A stretch of 60,157 bases of DNA, the filler included, from Trichosphaerium sp. ATCC 40318 (taxonomy: Eukaryota; Protista; Tubulinea): assembly GCA_038496445.1 (NCBI GenBank). It is 3 parts of 3 records of this genome, joined end to end, with 100 filler letters (N's around TTAATTAATTAA, not from the genome) between each part and the next. Parts side by side here need not be neighbours in the genome. Positions count along the whole stretch, not along the records: positions 1 to 23,228 come from JALMLS010000227.1; positions 23,329 to 43,540 come from JALMLS010000485.1; 1 more part is not named here. The stretch is one strand, 5' to 3'. Both the position numbers and the translations under genes were made by a program. How positions within the stretch are numbered: the stretch's first letter is position 1; each line of letters begins with the position of its first letter. The notes below the pieces were generated by a model. The model had not been told where the DNA came from, did no database searches, and saw only the letters and a program-made list of their open reading frames with translations. Shown here piece by piece: positions 10,843 to 23,667 of this stretch.

Positions 10843-13240
10843 TCATGGATGATATACATTGATTATACGCACGATATCTTGTCTGCAAATAGGACAACTT
10901 TCACCTAAAAATAAAAAAATCAGAATAAAAAAACCCAAAACAAAAACAAAAAAGAAAAGCGCTCTTTGCTTACATCTAGCAGCACATTCTGTGCAACAAG
11001 CCATATGTCCACACTCCAAAAAAACAGTATCCCTCTCCAAGGATAAGCAAATAACACACCGCATATCCCTACGACGCTTTGAACGTGAGTGCTTCGAAGA
11101 AGATCCATTGTGTTCGTGATGATGACTATTTGATACAGGCGTTGTTGGTTGTTGTGTTAACACTGTAGCCTCTGGAGGAGTGCCATCAGGTGTTTGTGTA
11201 GTAGTTGACGCTGTTAGAGATACAATAGGTGTAGTAGCCGTCTGTGAATTAACTAATTCGCCAGAAGGAGAATTAGATCCAGAATTATGAATACTTGAAG
11301 CAAGAGGACTAGTTCCATTCGCATCAGGTGTTCCATAAGCAGCCGAATCAACTTCTCCTTCGCCACCAGCATCCTCACCATGTCCAGCAACAATATCACT
11401 ATTGTGTCCGTTATAGGAACTATCGTCTTCAGTAGAATAATCGTCCATATCTCTTGGTGTTTGATTTAATTCGAGAACCATATCATTAATGAATTTACTG
11501 CCGACTGGGTACTTTAACTTTGCCGTATGAGAGTTCGCAAATTGTAATAGGGACTCGTAGACTGTTGGTGGATTTTTTAATGTCATGCCTGTTGGTTCTA
11601 CGCTATATAGTAGGCAATGTTTTATTTGTTTATGTGTGTCAACAAATGTGACAGCAAAGGACCCAGGTTGCGTTTTAGAGAAACGTATAAGGAAAGTACC
11701 CTTTTAAAAGTATCAGTAAATAGTACATTCAAATATTAACAAGTTTCTGAATATATACAAAGAGCGCCAGAGAGGCAATTTTGAACGAAAACAAAAAACC
11801 CAAAAAAAATCAAAAAACTCAAAACGGTAATTTGAACGAGTTTTTTTCAGCTGAATAGCGCTCAACCGAGAAATGTGTGATATACAGTTTTTTCCTTAAG
11901 CTTTATACTATATACTAGGTATTTATTTATAACCACCAGAGTGTATCAAAGCGAGAAAAAAATAACATTTTCATTCTTTTCAGCAAAAAACGTTTCATAC
12001 CTCAACTTTTGTTTGTAGTAACAGATTGGCTTCAAGTGCAGGTACAAATCCAGCAAGTAATCTAGTGCGTTCTCAAGTAAGTACACCGTATCACAAACAA
12101 GATTCAAAAAAAGAAGGAAAAAAAAATATACAACGTACCCGCCTTGTAACGCCTTTACAAGCCGCTTTGATGACCCTAGAATTATTTTAAGCATTTTTAA
12201 AGCCATTTACAAATGAAAGTATGTCAAATCAACGCCTAAGTACCATCAAACGGGCCAAACCATTTCAAATATATACCAAACTCAAAGGCGCTTACATAGC
12301 CGTCTTTTGTAAAATCTAAAGGCATGGCGTCAAAAATAAGCAAAAAAATGAATACGACACAATCCCCTACCACGAAATAAAGCGCACCTAAGAAAAATTT
12401 GATTACTTTCTCGTATTTTGGGACGTCAGCGTCTTTATTCGGCTCTGCTTCAGTAAACTTTGCAAACCATTCATCCCAAGCTACGAATATCGCCTGTAAG
12501 ATTATATATTAGGCAAATAGAGTAAGTTTTAACAAAATAGTAACTGAATGATTGTTCTCATTGCTTCAAAAATAAACTAAAAGGCGTTTAAGCATTTTGA
12601 CGTGCAGTGAAGCGTTTTTTCTATTGTTTTAATGCAGATCTGTCCAATCGGTACAAAACGTACGTCCGCGTATGCCTTTGTCCAAAAATCTTTACCGTCA
12701 TCACATAGAATCAAATCTCTACCTTTTTTGGGTCCATTTGGTTTGTACAAAGCGACAAACTGGTCGGCTTGTTGCTTTAATACGAAGTCTTCTTGATAGA
12801 GTTGTATTTTAGTCTCTTTCCAGAAGTCTAATTCAAATTTCTGCTTCAGCGTGACCAGTATTGTTCGTATTCGAGTCATAGTGTCGACAATAATCTGTAC
12901 GGAGTGTTCGTGTGTGATGTGTTGGTAAGCCTTTTTACAGAAGGCTCCAATGGAGCTCTTGACAAAGTCTACTGTTGTTTTTAACTCTGCGAGTTCTGCG
13001 AATACATTAATAGGCTCATTGATGACCTGGAATCCTCGTGTATGCTCGATGATGTATAAAAGGTCCCCAGCGAGTTTTGTGCAGTGATGAACGAGCACCT
13101 GTTGTTTACCACCCACTCTATGTTTCTTTTTACCACGTTTCCGCGACAGAAACGACGGTAGGAACGGGCTCCGCCCACCACCGGGCCCTTCTGTCTTTTT
13201 GTCCTCCGTGGTGGATATACTGGGATGTTCTCCCTGTGAA
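10843..13240 (-). CDS. Cbl-like E3 ubiquitin ligase (helical region, EF-hand, SH2-like, RING); start exon not resolved
   Basis: EF-hand exon DFTKDGYVSAFEFGIYLKWFGPF resembles the Cbl TKB EF-hand; SH2-like GTFLIRFSKTQPGSFAVTF; C-terminal RING CVIC...CGHMACCTEC...CPICR. Confidence 0.75.
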
Positions 13241-13579
13241 AACAATTTCCGTGTTTGCTACAACCGTTAAAAAACGAGTAAAATGAACAAAAATCAGTCT
13301 TTTTTGGTAAAGAGCGATTGCTGAATGGTCTTTGATTTAATGCGCCGTTATGTGCACTTCACAACACAAGGTACTTCGATATAAGTACTATAAATGAAAG
13401 TTTTTCGGATTCTGATGCCCATAAACGGTGAATTAGCGTGTTCTTACTAGATTCAACAAAAATTGATTTTATCCATCAAAGTATTCATGCTAAAGCATTA
13501 TCGTGATATGGTTCAATGCATCACGCAAACAGAAAACACGTGAAGCTTCTTTGAGAAGATAAAAAAAAACATTTCTTTA

Positions 13580-15182
13580 AAATTACATGGAAGGAACTAT
13601 CTCCGCCATATTTCAACAAAATAGAGCTGATGTGCAAACTTGTAAGTTCCTACATATGAAAGTAAACCATTGACATAACTCGATGACCTTTAATGTACCT
13701 CTGTCGTGCTGTTTTTCGCCTTGTAGACATTCTAGACCAATCCCAGGTATAGTTAGCATCAACGACTTGTATCACAAAAGGGAAATACTGAAGTAATCCT
13801 CCAGCACCAAGCGCAGCTAGATTAGCTTTTGATACATTATACCTAAGCGTACGAAACGAGTTAGAACACTAGAACGCCTTAAAACAATTCTGCTTTTTTT
13901 TTCACTAACCAATCCTTTGTTTGTCTTATGCAAAGCGCCTCTCCTGCACGTGTTAAGAAATCAAGCTGATTCTGGTGTTGTTGCCAATATCCATTTGCTT
14001 TTGTGTTACTACATTCGAATCGCCAAGACTGCTCTGCAAAGATGCTTCGAAGAGCTTTTGAGATTGACTTGTCATACCTTGTTTTGGTTAGCACAAAAAA
14101 CTATTTAGAGCAACGTACTTTCTAGTGAAGTTCATACCGCCAGCCTCTATTATATCTTCCTGAGCACAGTCATTCCAGTCGTCTAGTACTTGAATACCAA
14201 GTCTCTGTGCAACAATTTCGCACTCACTCCGTTGGTTACTGATGCTGTTCCAGTGGTGTCTTGGTTTAACTCTAATAGTTAAAAACACGTGAGTAAAAAT
14301 AGTTAAGTTTTTTTTTGAGCCTACTTAAATCTTGAAGTATTCCATCTGTAGTTCGAATATACAACCTTTAAAGTTCCAACGACAGAGTTACCATGCCTGC
14401 GAATATGTTAAGCGTAAATTTAAAGGATTTGATATTACTTAAAGAGTATTTGGGTTCCACCTTTCTGCATTACGTCTTCGAGTACACACTTGTACCTTAA
14501 AATAAAGTCATCAAAAGGGTATAGCTGATCATTGAGGTTAATATTACCACCCATCAAGTGTCTTTATGTCAAGCTTCTCGCCAATCTGATCCATCTTTTC
14601 GCGACAGTTATTAACGTCATCCCAATGACCTCTAGGCGTGGCTCTATTGATATCTTTGAGAACTTTTTTTTTGGACAGTCATGAGAACTTTACGTAAACT
14701 CTTTTAGAACCCAGTTGTGCTTAGGATATACTTCTTTTAACGCAGAAGGTATTGACCAGTTATAACTGAGCAAAGTGTCAGATGGGACCTGTGAGATGAT
14801 CAAATTGCAAAACCACAAACCGGTTTAATACTGAACGTTCTTTAATATCGCGTATTTCATTCTGCGTCACGCTATACCAATCATCTAGGCATGTAATACG
14901 AAGTTTTTTAGCGATTGAATTTAATCCCTTTTTATGTGTTGCTTGTTGGCTCCAATAGCCCCAAGACCAATATCTATAGCGTCTTAGCTGAGTTTGCGGT
15001 AAAATTACGATAAATGAAGTTTGTAACCACACAATGTAGCTGTATTTGAGTGCATAATAATATACGTGCCCTTTCTTATTGCTTTTACGGCGTTTTAGCG
15101 ATCGTACTGGTAAGTTTTAGCATAATATTGTTTAGAACGAGTGTACGTACGCCGTATAGCCTTTGACGCTATTGCTGCCATC
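13580..15182 (-). CDS. Uncharacterised protein of ~70-aa GxW...DDWY tandem repeats, multi-exon
   Basis: Repeat units GYWSQQ..IAKKLRITCLDDWY, GHWDDV..IGEKLDIKTLDGW, HHWNSI..VAQRLGIQVLDDW, GYWQQH. Confidence 0.6.
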
Positions 15183-15269
15183 ACATGTCAAATATAATCA
15201 TAAATAATCATAACATTCCACAAAAGTCCGTTCAAATAATTCAAGTGCTTTACAGAGCTTGAACTAATC

Positions 15270-16969
15270 ATGTGTGGTGAATCTCCGTACCTTAAACGTT
15301 CTGCGGAACCTCAGGAGTACGTAAGAGCAAGTGACTGATTTAACCGATTCTATCTTTTTTTTTTCTTGTACAATTTCAGTTTGTTTTAGGACGCTTGTTG
15401 TGTTCGCTATTTATAATCTGAGTTTCTGATGTAGGAATCTAACAAACTAACTGTCATTTCGCTAAGCTGCCAGTTATTTAAAGTACAGTTTGACCACTCG
15501 TGACCTGTTAACCAAAATGTGCTATTTCCACCTTGACATTTTACATTATTATTAATATTACCCCAAACCGCAAAGAAATAAATGACACTTCCTAATACAA
15601 CACCCAAACATCAACGAAAAGTTAATACGCGCATTGATAATGAAAAGAAACGAAGAGAGGATGCCAAGAAAAATATAAACCAAACAATTACATCAAAAAT
15701 ATATTTCTTACAACCTACAGGCAGTATGTAATATTTTACTACATTTATAACGGATTTTAATTACTGACAAAAAAAAGAACCTCTAGAAGCTTCTGGAGAT
15801 AGTCAATCACATGCCCTTGGAGGAGATTTCGAAGGTTTAACGAAGAAAGAAAATAAAAAACTCAAGAGCGATTATGATCACGTGGTCTCTAATGAATTTG
15901 CTTCACACTTCGAAACCGCTATTAATCAATGTAAGGACAGCGTATCGGTACAGTCAAACAATCAAATATTGTTTAAAAACTTTTCATTTGACGTTCTGTT
16001 TAGACTTGCGAATGGGACAGTGAGAAACCAATACAAGTGCACGAAGATGTTGACTACAGTTTACACATTGAATCTTCTGATGTTGAGTTACAGCAAATAG
16101 AGTGCAGGTAACAGTTATTCAATGTCTCTGCTCATCTCTTGTAAAACAACATTTTCACTGCTTTTCTAGGTATAAAGTGGAGCTCATACGAATAAACTAC
16201 GTTCAAGAACGTCATATGAATCAGCTCATTCGGTTATTAAAAGCTCAGGTATTTGAACAACAAGCAAAATCATAACACAAGCTAAACCTTTTCAAAAAGT
16301 TGAAATTGCGTTTGGTTACTCAAAGCGAAGCTGAAAGGAAGGTGACGCGCCTAGCGTCAGAGTTTAATAGTGCAAAACAAGCTTTAAAGACATTTGTATG
16401 TGGTATAATATCAGAGAGACAGGTAAATATGACGAAATCACGTGGGGAGTTGATTAAAAAGACTTCTAAAATCAAACTAGTTTTTCACATCTGTTTTAGG
16501 AGAAGGCCAGACCGGCGAAAAGAAAACGTCAAACACTGTCAAAACATGCGACATCATTACTCGAAACGTGGTTCTTCAACCACTTAAATCATCCTTACCC
16601 TTCGGAACAAGAGAAAGCCGATCTTGCTAAAAGTTGTAACCTTACAACACAACAAATAAATGTACGTTCTATTACTACCTCTTTTCCGATACACAATGAA
16701 AAAAATCACCTTAAAAAATCACCTTAACAACAATCACTACTCAGATATGTTTTTATTTCTTTAACATGTGATATGTTTCAGTGTCACAAAAAGGAGAAAC
16801 AAACCCGAATAATGTCTTTTACATTTCTTTATTTTTTTAATTTTTCTTATAGAATTGGTTTGGTAATAAGCGCATTCGATACAAACGTAAGGTCGATGGA
16901 AATAAAACACAAAAGAAGGGTAAGAGCGCAAAGAGGAGAAAAATCCAAAAATCTACTCTTGGCATGTGA
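15270..16969 (+). CDS. TALE-class homeodomain transcription factor, PBX/PBC-like
   Basis: WFFNHLNHPYPSEQEK (PYP loop) spliced to NWFGNKRIRYK; upstream helical segment resembles the PBC-B domain; start position tentative. Confidence 0.85.
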
Positions 16970-17341
16970 CATTCGACCAAAATAGCTCAAAGTTCAACTA
17001 GAAAGAAAAATAAATAAAAATCCAGAAAACTACAAATCATCTGTCGAGAAGGAACTATAAATATTTGTACCTGTGCTTTTCGGATACTACATTTAATATT
17101 GTTTTGTAACATAAGTTCAAATTGGCTTAACATTACTTAAGGAAGGTGGTTTTTTATTGGGAAATGAGCACAATGTGTAAGACATTCTCCATTCGCCAAA
17201 GGTGCACAGGTACTGAAACTTTTCCACTTCAAGTCGCTTGTTATTAGGAGTTAGATCGCAAAGTTCTTTGATTGCGCTTATGTACTGTAGATCTCCATTC
17301 ACGATGGTGTTAATATCACTCATGTGGAAGCACCAGATAAT

Positions 17342-18890
17342 ATGTTTAGAGCAGTAGGAGAAAATCATCAACATTTACATGTTACTGTTCATGATGACGA
17401 CACTTTTTCTGGGTTCTTTATTGAACACGATGAGTGGGTTTCTTTTGATTCAGTTATTGCGTACGTTCATTTATCCTTTTGTGTCACGTGCCACAAGCAA
17501 TGACATCTTCATACAGACACGAGAGTTTCATGACGGCTACTCATAAGAGTAAAATTGGAAACGGAACTCACTTGCTTTTGTGGTAATCAGTTTTTGAGTT
17601 GCTGTTGTATTCACTTGATTGAAGGGAAGCTACATCACCGAACACGAAGCGAGCTTTTCCTAATGGTAACACACTCCCTGTTACACCACCGCCGGCGCCA
17701 TGTCCTTCGACAATACATGCTATCACAATAGTAAGTATGTGTATCATGTGTTGTATCTTAGTCATTCATTAGACGGTTGGTGTTAGTGTTGGATACTATC
17801 AGTTAGCTGGGAGCATCAACGATACCGTGGATAGAGTTTCAAGTGGTATGTAATAATAGCTTTAAATATCGCTTATTTTGTTAGCTTTCGTTGGTGCCAA
17901 CGTTTTCCTTGGCACAGATTTGGTACTGACACAGTTTACAAATATTGTGATTTGACGACTTGCAACTAACACAATCTATCAGAATTTGCGTTTGGTTATT
18001 GAAAACACGATAATATACACATCAACAGGTAGCGAAATATCAACTTTCTTGTAAGAAAACGCCAAACTTACTATAAATAGGTGGTCCACAATGGAACATG
18101 CTAAGGTCTCCTGAGTGTTCTTTTTCAAATTTTAACTGGCAAGACTCTATAAAACAATGTTGTGGCGTTACTGCAGGAGGCATACTATTTCATGGTTGTG
18201 ACGGTAGCCTTTCATCAGGAACAGGAGTACTTTGTGTATTGTCATTTGTGTGCAATTGTTCATTTTTTTTACATTCTTATAGGGTGCTAATCATAACGCC
18301 GTTTTTAAGTTCTTGAACGTTCTACAAACTAGAAGACTACTCGGTAAAGCTATTGGAAGAGGGTTTGGGGTAGGAACTAATGCTAATGGGATTATGGGAT
18401 CTCTCCAAACTTCGAGGTTTGTTTCTTTTTTTTTTTTCCCTCTTTTTTTGATTTTAATGATTCAATCAGTGATACAAGACACGATAGATTCTCAAAAGAA
18501 AGTCAAACAGATATATGCAATAACCTTGAAGATACACAATACAACTGCATTGGTCCTGAAACAATTTAAATAAAATAATAAACAATTTACATCTGGAAAC
18601 TGATTGTTCAAATGCTTACATGTTACACGTGTTATTATTCTAGCTAAATTTTGAAAAGATTGAGAAATTGATTAGAGCTATATCTCAATGTTGCCTTCAC
18701 TGATGAGAACAAATGGCAACAAGCAATAGATCAAGGTTTTACAAAATGTGGCTACAGTTCCAAAAACGAAAGTTGTTGGGTTCAAGGGAGAAGCAAATTG
18801 AAGTCAGTGTTTAAGATGTACACCATCAAAAAGGGTAATTATAACCTTATTTTACACAAAATTGTTTTTAGTTTACTAAACTTTTAGATG
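17342..18890 (+). CDS. Multi-exon protein, possibly a degenerate reprolysin (M12B)-like domain
   Basis: Chain of in-frame GT-AG exons; LLGKAIGRGFG...NGIMG lies where HELGHxxG...IM would be; boundaries uncertain. Confidence 0.35.
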
Positions 18891-21800
18891 ATGTAGCTTC
18901 AAGTTCAGTTGTCTTCTCCTAACACAAACATTAATTTTTTTGGATAGTAAAAACTTTCCAAAATCATGTTTCTAGAGATCTCCACGTACATCTTTTAATT
19001 CGTTTTTGGATGATGAAAGACCAGCAATACCTGAACCAACTTTTTTAGAAAACTTTTCAAACACAGAACCTTTCTACACATCAAAAGTTAATAAAAGAAA
19101 AAAACACGTGGACTAAATAAACTTACCCTGAACAGTAAGAAAATTACAACAATTGGCGGTACTTCTAGTATCAGTAGAGCCATAGTAACCAATTCTGGTG
19201 TTGGTGCTGTATAATTTATTGTAACTACTAACCATATTGCTTGTCCAGTAAGACAAAATATAAATACACAAGTCAACACAAACGACTAAAAAAAAGTTAG
19301 CAAGTTACAAAAAAAGTGAAAAAAGTAAGAATCTCACGTTGGCCACAGATTTTGTAGTATTCGCTGAATTTGCTTGTTCTTTACCCTGTAATGCTGCTGC
19401 CTTACCAAGTGAGTAAATCTAATAAAAATATTAGAACCTTAGCCTTGGGATTCCTCAAAGAAAGAAAAGCAAATAAAGTTGATAAAAATATCTTGGATAA
19501 AAGTCAGTACCAAATGTCCTCCATAAAATGCTGCTGCGAAAGATAGCCCAATGCAATCAAGGGCAAATGATACCCGATAAATAATAGAAACCTTTTGTAA
19601 TATCATAAGATACAATAATCGGAAAAAGAGAATACAACGTACAATGCCAGCTCTAGTAACACTATCTCGCTCTTCATTACAAGTTGTTGCTACGTCATCT
19701 TCAAGGAATATTACAAACAACGCAGTGCATAATACTGATCTATTAAAACGCGTTAGGAATGCCAATATAGAGTACAAAACCGACTACATACAAGGCGATA
19801 GCGGCTGCAAGAAAACCAAGGTAGAGTGGCTGCAATTTTTTAATGTTTGTTCCTGAGACTTGCATTGCAAAGTAATAGAATTCTGCCCTACACTCATTTG
19901 TAAGACAAGTAGCACTATAAACAAACAATATAACAGACAACATACCACCGAGTGATAATGAGGAATACAACGGCAAGAAGTAGTAAAGAGGGTAATACAC
20001 TAAAACACAAGGGTAAGATTTTTAATTTTGCGCAAAAAAAGTTATTTCAATCAAACCTTAGTATGCTGTCAAGCCATACGAATCGCTGTGTAACGCCCAC
20101 TGGTACTAGTAAAAAGAAGACGGCTCTATCTAAGCAATAGAAAACAGCTATTAGTAGGGCTACTCGCGGTAAAGACCAGAACTGTCCATTCTTTGTTGAT
20201 TCTTTATCCAACATGTGAATAATAAGAGCATACAGTATAAGCACTATATAATTGCGTCAACAAACCAAAGCAATGCAACAAAACTAGTCTTACCTCCAAG
20301 ACAGACATATATAAGTACACTAAGATACAGGAGTATAATAGCAGAAGCTCCAAAAGTCTCAAAATACGTTTTTGTTTGATAGTCTAAGGAGCAACAAATT
20401 AAAAACTTTCAAAAAAAAAGAAGATTGTTTTTGATAGAAGTGTGAAGTTAATGTACCATCTCTGAGACCCATAAGGAATGTTGGCGTATCTGTAGGGACA
20501 TAACATATTTCTACTCCATCTTTGAGTTCAAACACTTCATCGTCTAAGTAAGGTTAGCAACTCAGCTTAAGCTATTTAATCAAACTCATACTTATAATAA
20601 CAAACTCTTCAACTGAGTCCCTTAATTCTAATACAGCCAAGCCAACCAAAGTAACATCTTCCACTGTCAATTCCTTTAAGTAAAATTAAAACTTGTTTAC
20701 ATCAATGGAGTACGTACGGTACAGTAACATTAATACAAGTCAAGAAACCACTAGTAATATTTTCAGAACTTGTAACAGAATAGCCATCACTTATAAGTTC
20801 GCCAACAATGGCATTATGTATATTAACATAGAACCTTATAGAACCATCACCAACTTGGTTAGATTCCAGAGAAGCTTTAAACAATAAGAATAAAGGAAAA
20901 AGACCAAACAACTTACCTGGAAAAAATGGAGATATAACGACTTGTTCAAAAGAGCTTTCACGAACAACCTAAGTGCTATTAGACTCCAGAACGGCTGCTT
21001 GCGTATTATTGAATGTTCCTTACCCGAACGACTGCCTCAGTACAAGCAGTAGCAGTATAGTTTGATGTTACAACAAGCTTAGCATTTGTTGTAAACGAAA
21101 GATTTCTATTGGCTAGATTTGGACATATTTGAAATGAAGCCAAAGCATGCCCGTTATTGTTGTTAAATGTTTCTGAGTTGAAACAATCACTACCACCACT
21201 TTTGTTATCTCCACATAAACATGAAGTAGTCTGAAGAGCATCAAGTACACCTTATTCAAAGAGTTAAACTTAAACAAATTCTTGATTGTTTTTTTTCCTC
21301 ATCAATTCAAAGAACTCACCAGAAAATCTACATTGGAACTCTGATTTTATAAGTCTTTCTAAAATATTAGCTTGAATTTCTGGTATGATCTTGACAACTT
21401 CTGAATCAATAACGTCACCACTTAAGAACCCAGGTTAGACGTTTAAAGCAAAAAAAAAAAAACAAAAGATTTTCGGACACTTTTGTGTAGACAAGACGCA
21501 CTAGATAACATCTGCTGGTTCCCACGTAGGTGTAATAGTCGTTGAAGGAAGCCATGTATATTTATTCCTCCAAACCCCTGTACGCCACGTGTTCCTTTGT
21601 CCAAATACACCAGCACAGGCAGTACACTCAGTTTCGTTCTTTAGAGATAAGTGGGCGAACTGAGTAGGATACAAGGAGTCTATGCAGTAATGTCCTCTAT
21701 AGCATGTGTTAGAAATTTAACATTCCAAATATACATGTACCTTTCCAGGCATTCTTGCTGTGATGTAGCAGCATCATAGAAAGTACTAAACATCAGCATT

Positions 21801-23228
21801 GTTAGTATACATGTGGATGAACAAAATTGTATTACCCTCCGACTGCTTCGCAAGCTGACCTTGTCGCAATTGTCCTATCATTGCAACCACCCTGTATATA
21901 TTAGATTACAATAATATAGCCATATCGTACCAGTGGCGTCCAGTCTTGATACCAAAACAAATTAAGTTCTCTAAAAGTAGTTACGATTTTTGGTAAATTC
22001 TAAATCCACGTGTTATTACAGAATAGACTACGTATGTAACCGTACACAAATATTAAGTGTATCTGGAGTGAGGAGAGAGTCTCATTAAAAGGTAATACAC
22101 ATCCAACAGTTTCACCAAGGCACTCAGCTTTTAGAAAGAAAAGTCAGTCTATCTTTTGTATTAAGTTTAAGCTACTCGTAGCTTCACATTGTGCTTGAGT
22201 ACAGTTATCGCAAGGAATCGAGCATTCCATTTCAGTTTCACATTCAATCTTGACTTGAAGATTAACCAAAACGAAATGACATGAAGCTAATTCTATATTT
22301 TTGTCGATGCAAACAGGTACGCATTCCTGAGGTTTACCCAGACGCTTCCTTCCCTATAAGCACATTTAAAAGGTGTGTCCAATAACGAATAACAACATAC
22401 CACCAAGTGAGATCTCGGTTCAAACATTCTGATTCACTGACAAATTCAATAGTACAGAGTGAACTAGAAGTACTGTGATAGCTCGTTAGTAATTACATGT
22501 GCGCAATAGTAATAGCGTACAATACACCTCCTATATTATCGCAAGACTGTTGTGTTGTATAAGTCAAACAACGAGGTTGGCATACTATTGTTAGATCTTC
22601 GTTTTGATCGCAAGTGTCTGTAGGTAAACACGTGTCGATTGTGCTATTTTCTGGTTTGCGGCATTGTTGACCCCGAGGGAGCATTGGGTTCCAAGTTCCA
22701 TTCTTCTTACCGCAAGAATCTTGTCAAAGCTGTTAAACTCAACGAAAACGAGAACTAGTACCTTCATCGGCTGTTCCATAAAAGAAACAACCAGGGAATA
22801 TAACAATTTGCTCTGAAGCGTTTAGAAACGAACATAAAGGACCTATGGTGGCGTCTTCACAATACTCTAGATTGAAGAAGCATTAATGAGGATGAAGTAT
22901 TGATGTATACGTACGTTGATTACAAGTTTCGCTTTGCTCAAATCACATGGTTTCCAGTTACACGTCATTTTATTGTCACATTCTTCTTGTGTGATATTTT
23001 TACTACTTCCACCTTTTGCAAAATCACGTGGTTTAGCTCAAATGGGTAATAATAAAACGTAGAAATGACCAAGAAATAATGGTTGAAGTACCTCTACCAA
23101 CACAACGCTTGACTAAAATCTGTTTTATATTTTCTTCAAAGAACTCTTCTGGTCTGTTTTCAACTGGTGAAAGACTATTAGTATACATTTTTATCATGAC
23201 ATTATCGTACATCCTACTGCTTCTTCAG
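18870..23228 (-). CDS. Large Cys-rich ectodomain plus ~7-TM membrane protein (TOM1/THH1- or GPCR-like); 5' end lost in the gap
   Basis: Cys-rich exons at 21.5-23.0 kb; successive hydrophobic exons at 19.1-20.4 kb (e.g. VALLIAVFYCLDRAVFFLL, RWAEFYY, LLILEVPPIVVIFLLF). Confidence 0.6.
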
Positions 23229-23328
23229 NNNNNNNNNNNNNNNNNNNNNNNNNNNNNNNNNNNNNNNNNNNNTTAATTAATTAANNNNNNNNNNNNNNNN
23301 NNNNNNNNNNNNNNNNNNNNNNNNNNNN
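23229..23328. other. Assembly gap with TTAATTAATTAA linker
   Basis: N-run interrupted by a 12-mer that gives stops in all six frames. Confidence 0.97.
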
Positions 23329-23534
23329 TTAACTTCTGCTTGACGTTTCCGTTCTAATTCTAGGCTCTCATTTTCTTCCTTTAGAAGAGCGTTCTCTGAG
23401 CTTTGAAGAGTATTTTCTTCCTTAAGGAGTATATTCTCTGATCTCTGAAGATCATTCTCTTCCTTAAAGCGCACACTCTCCTCGCGTAGACGTTCATTCT
23501 CTTTTTTTTGGCGTGCATTTTTTTTGCTGTTCAA
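23329..23534 (-). CDS. Coiled-coil fragment with heptad (21/42-nt) repeats, truncated by the gap
   Basis: EENDLQRSENILLKEENTLQSSENALLKEEN. Confidence 0.45.
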
Positions 23535-23667
23535 GTGCTTCTTAAGAGCTGCTACCTCTCTTCCAAATAAATCACCCTGGCGTCTTGCTTTTGAGAAGCC
23601 AGTTTAAGAGAAGATATCGATTTCTGTGCTGCATTTAATTTGCCTTTGGCTATGGCGCGAAGAGAGT

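Noticed and set aside
23273-23284. TTAATTAATTAA motif inside N-runs (also ~43585)
   Set aside because: Artificial six-frame-stop contig linker; adjacency across it is not biological evidence
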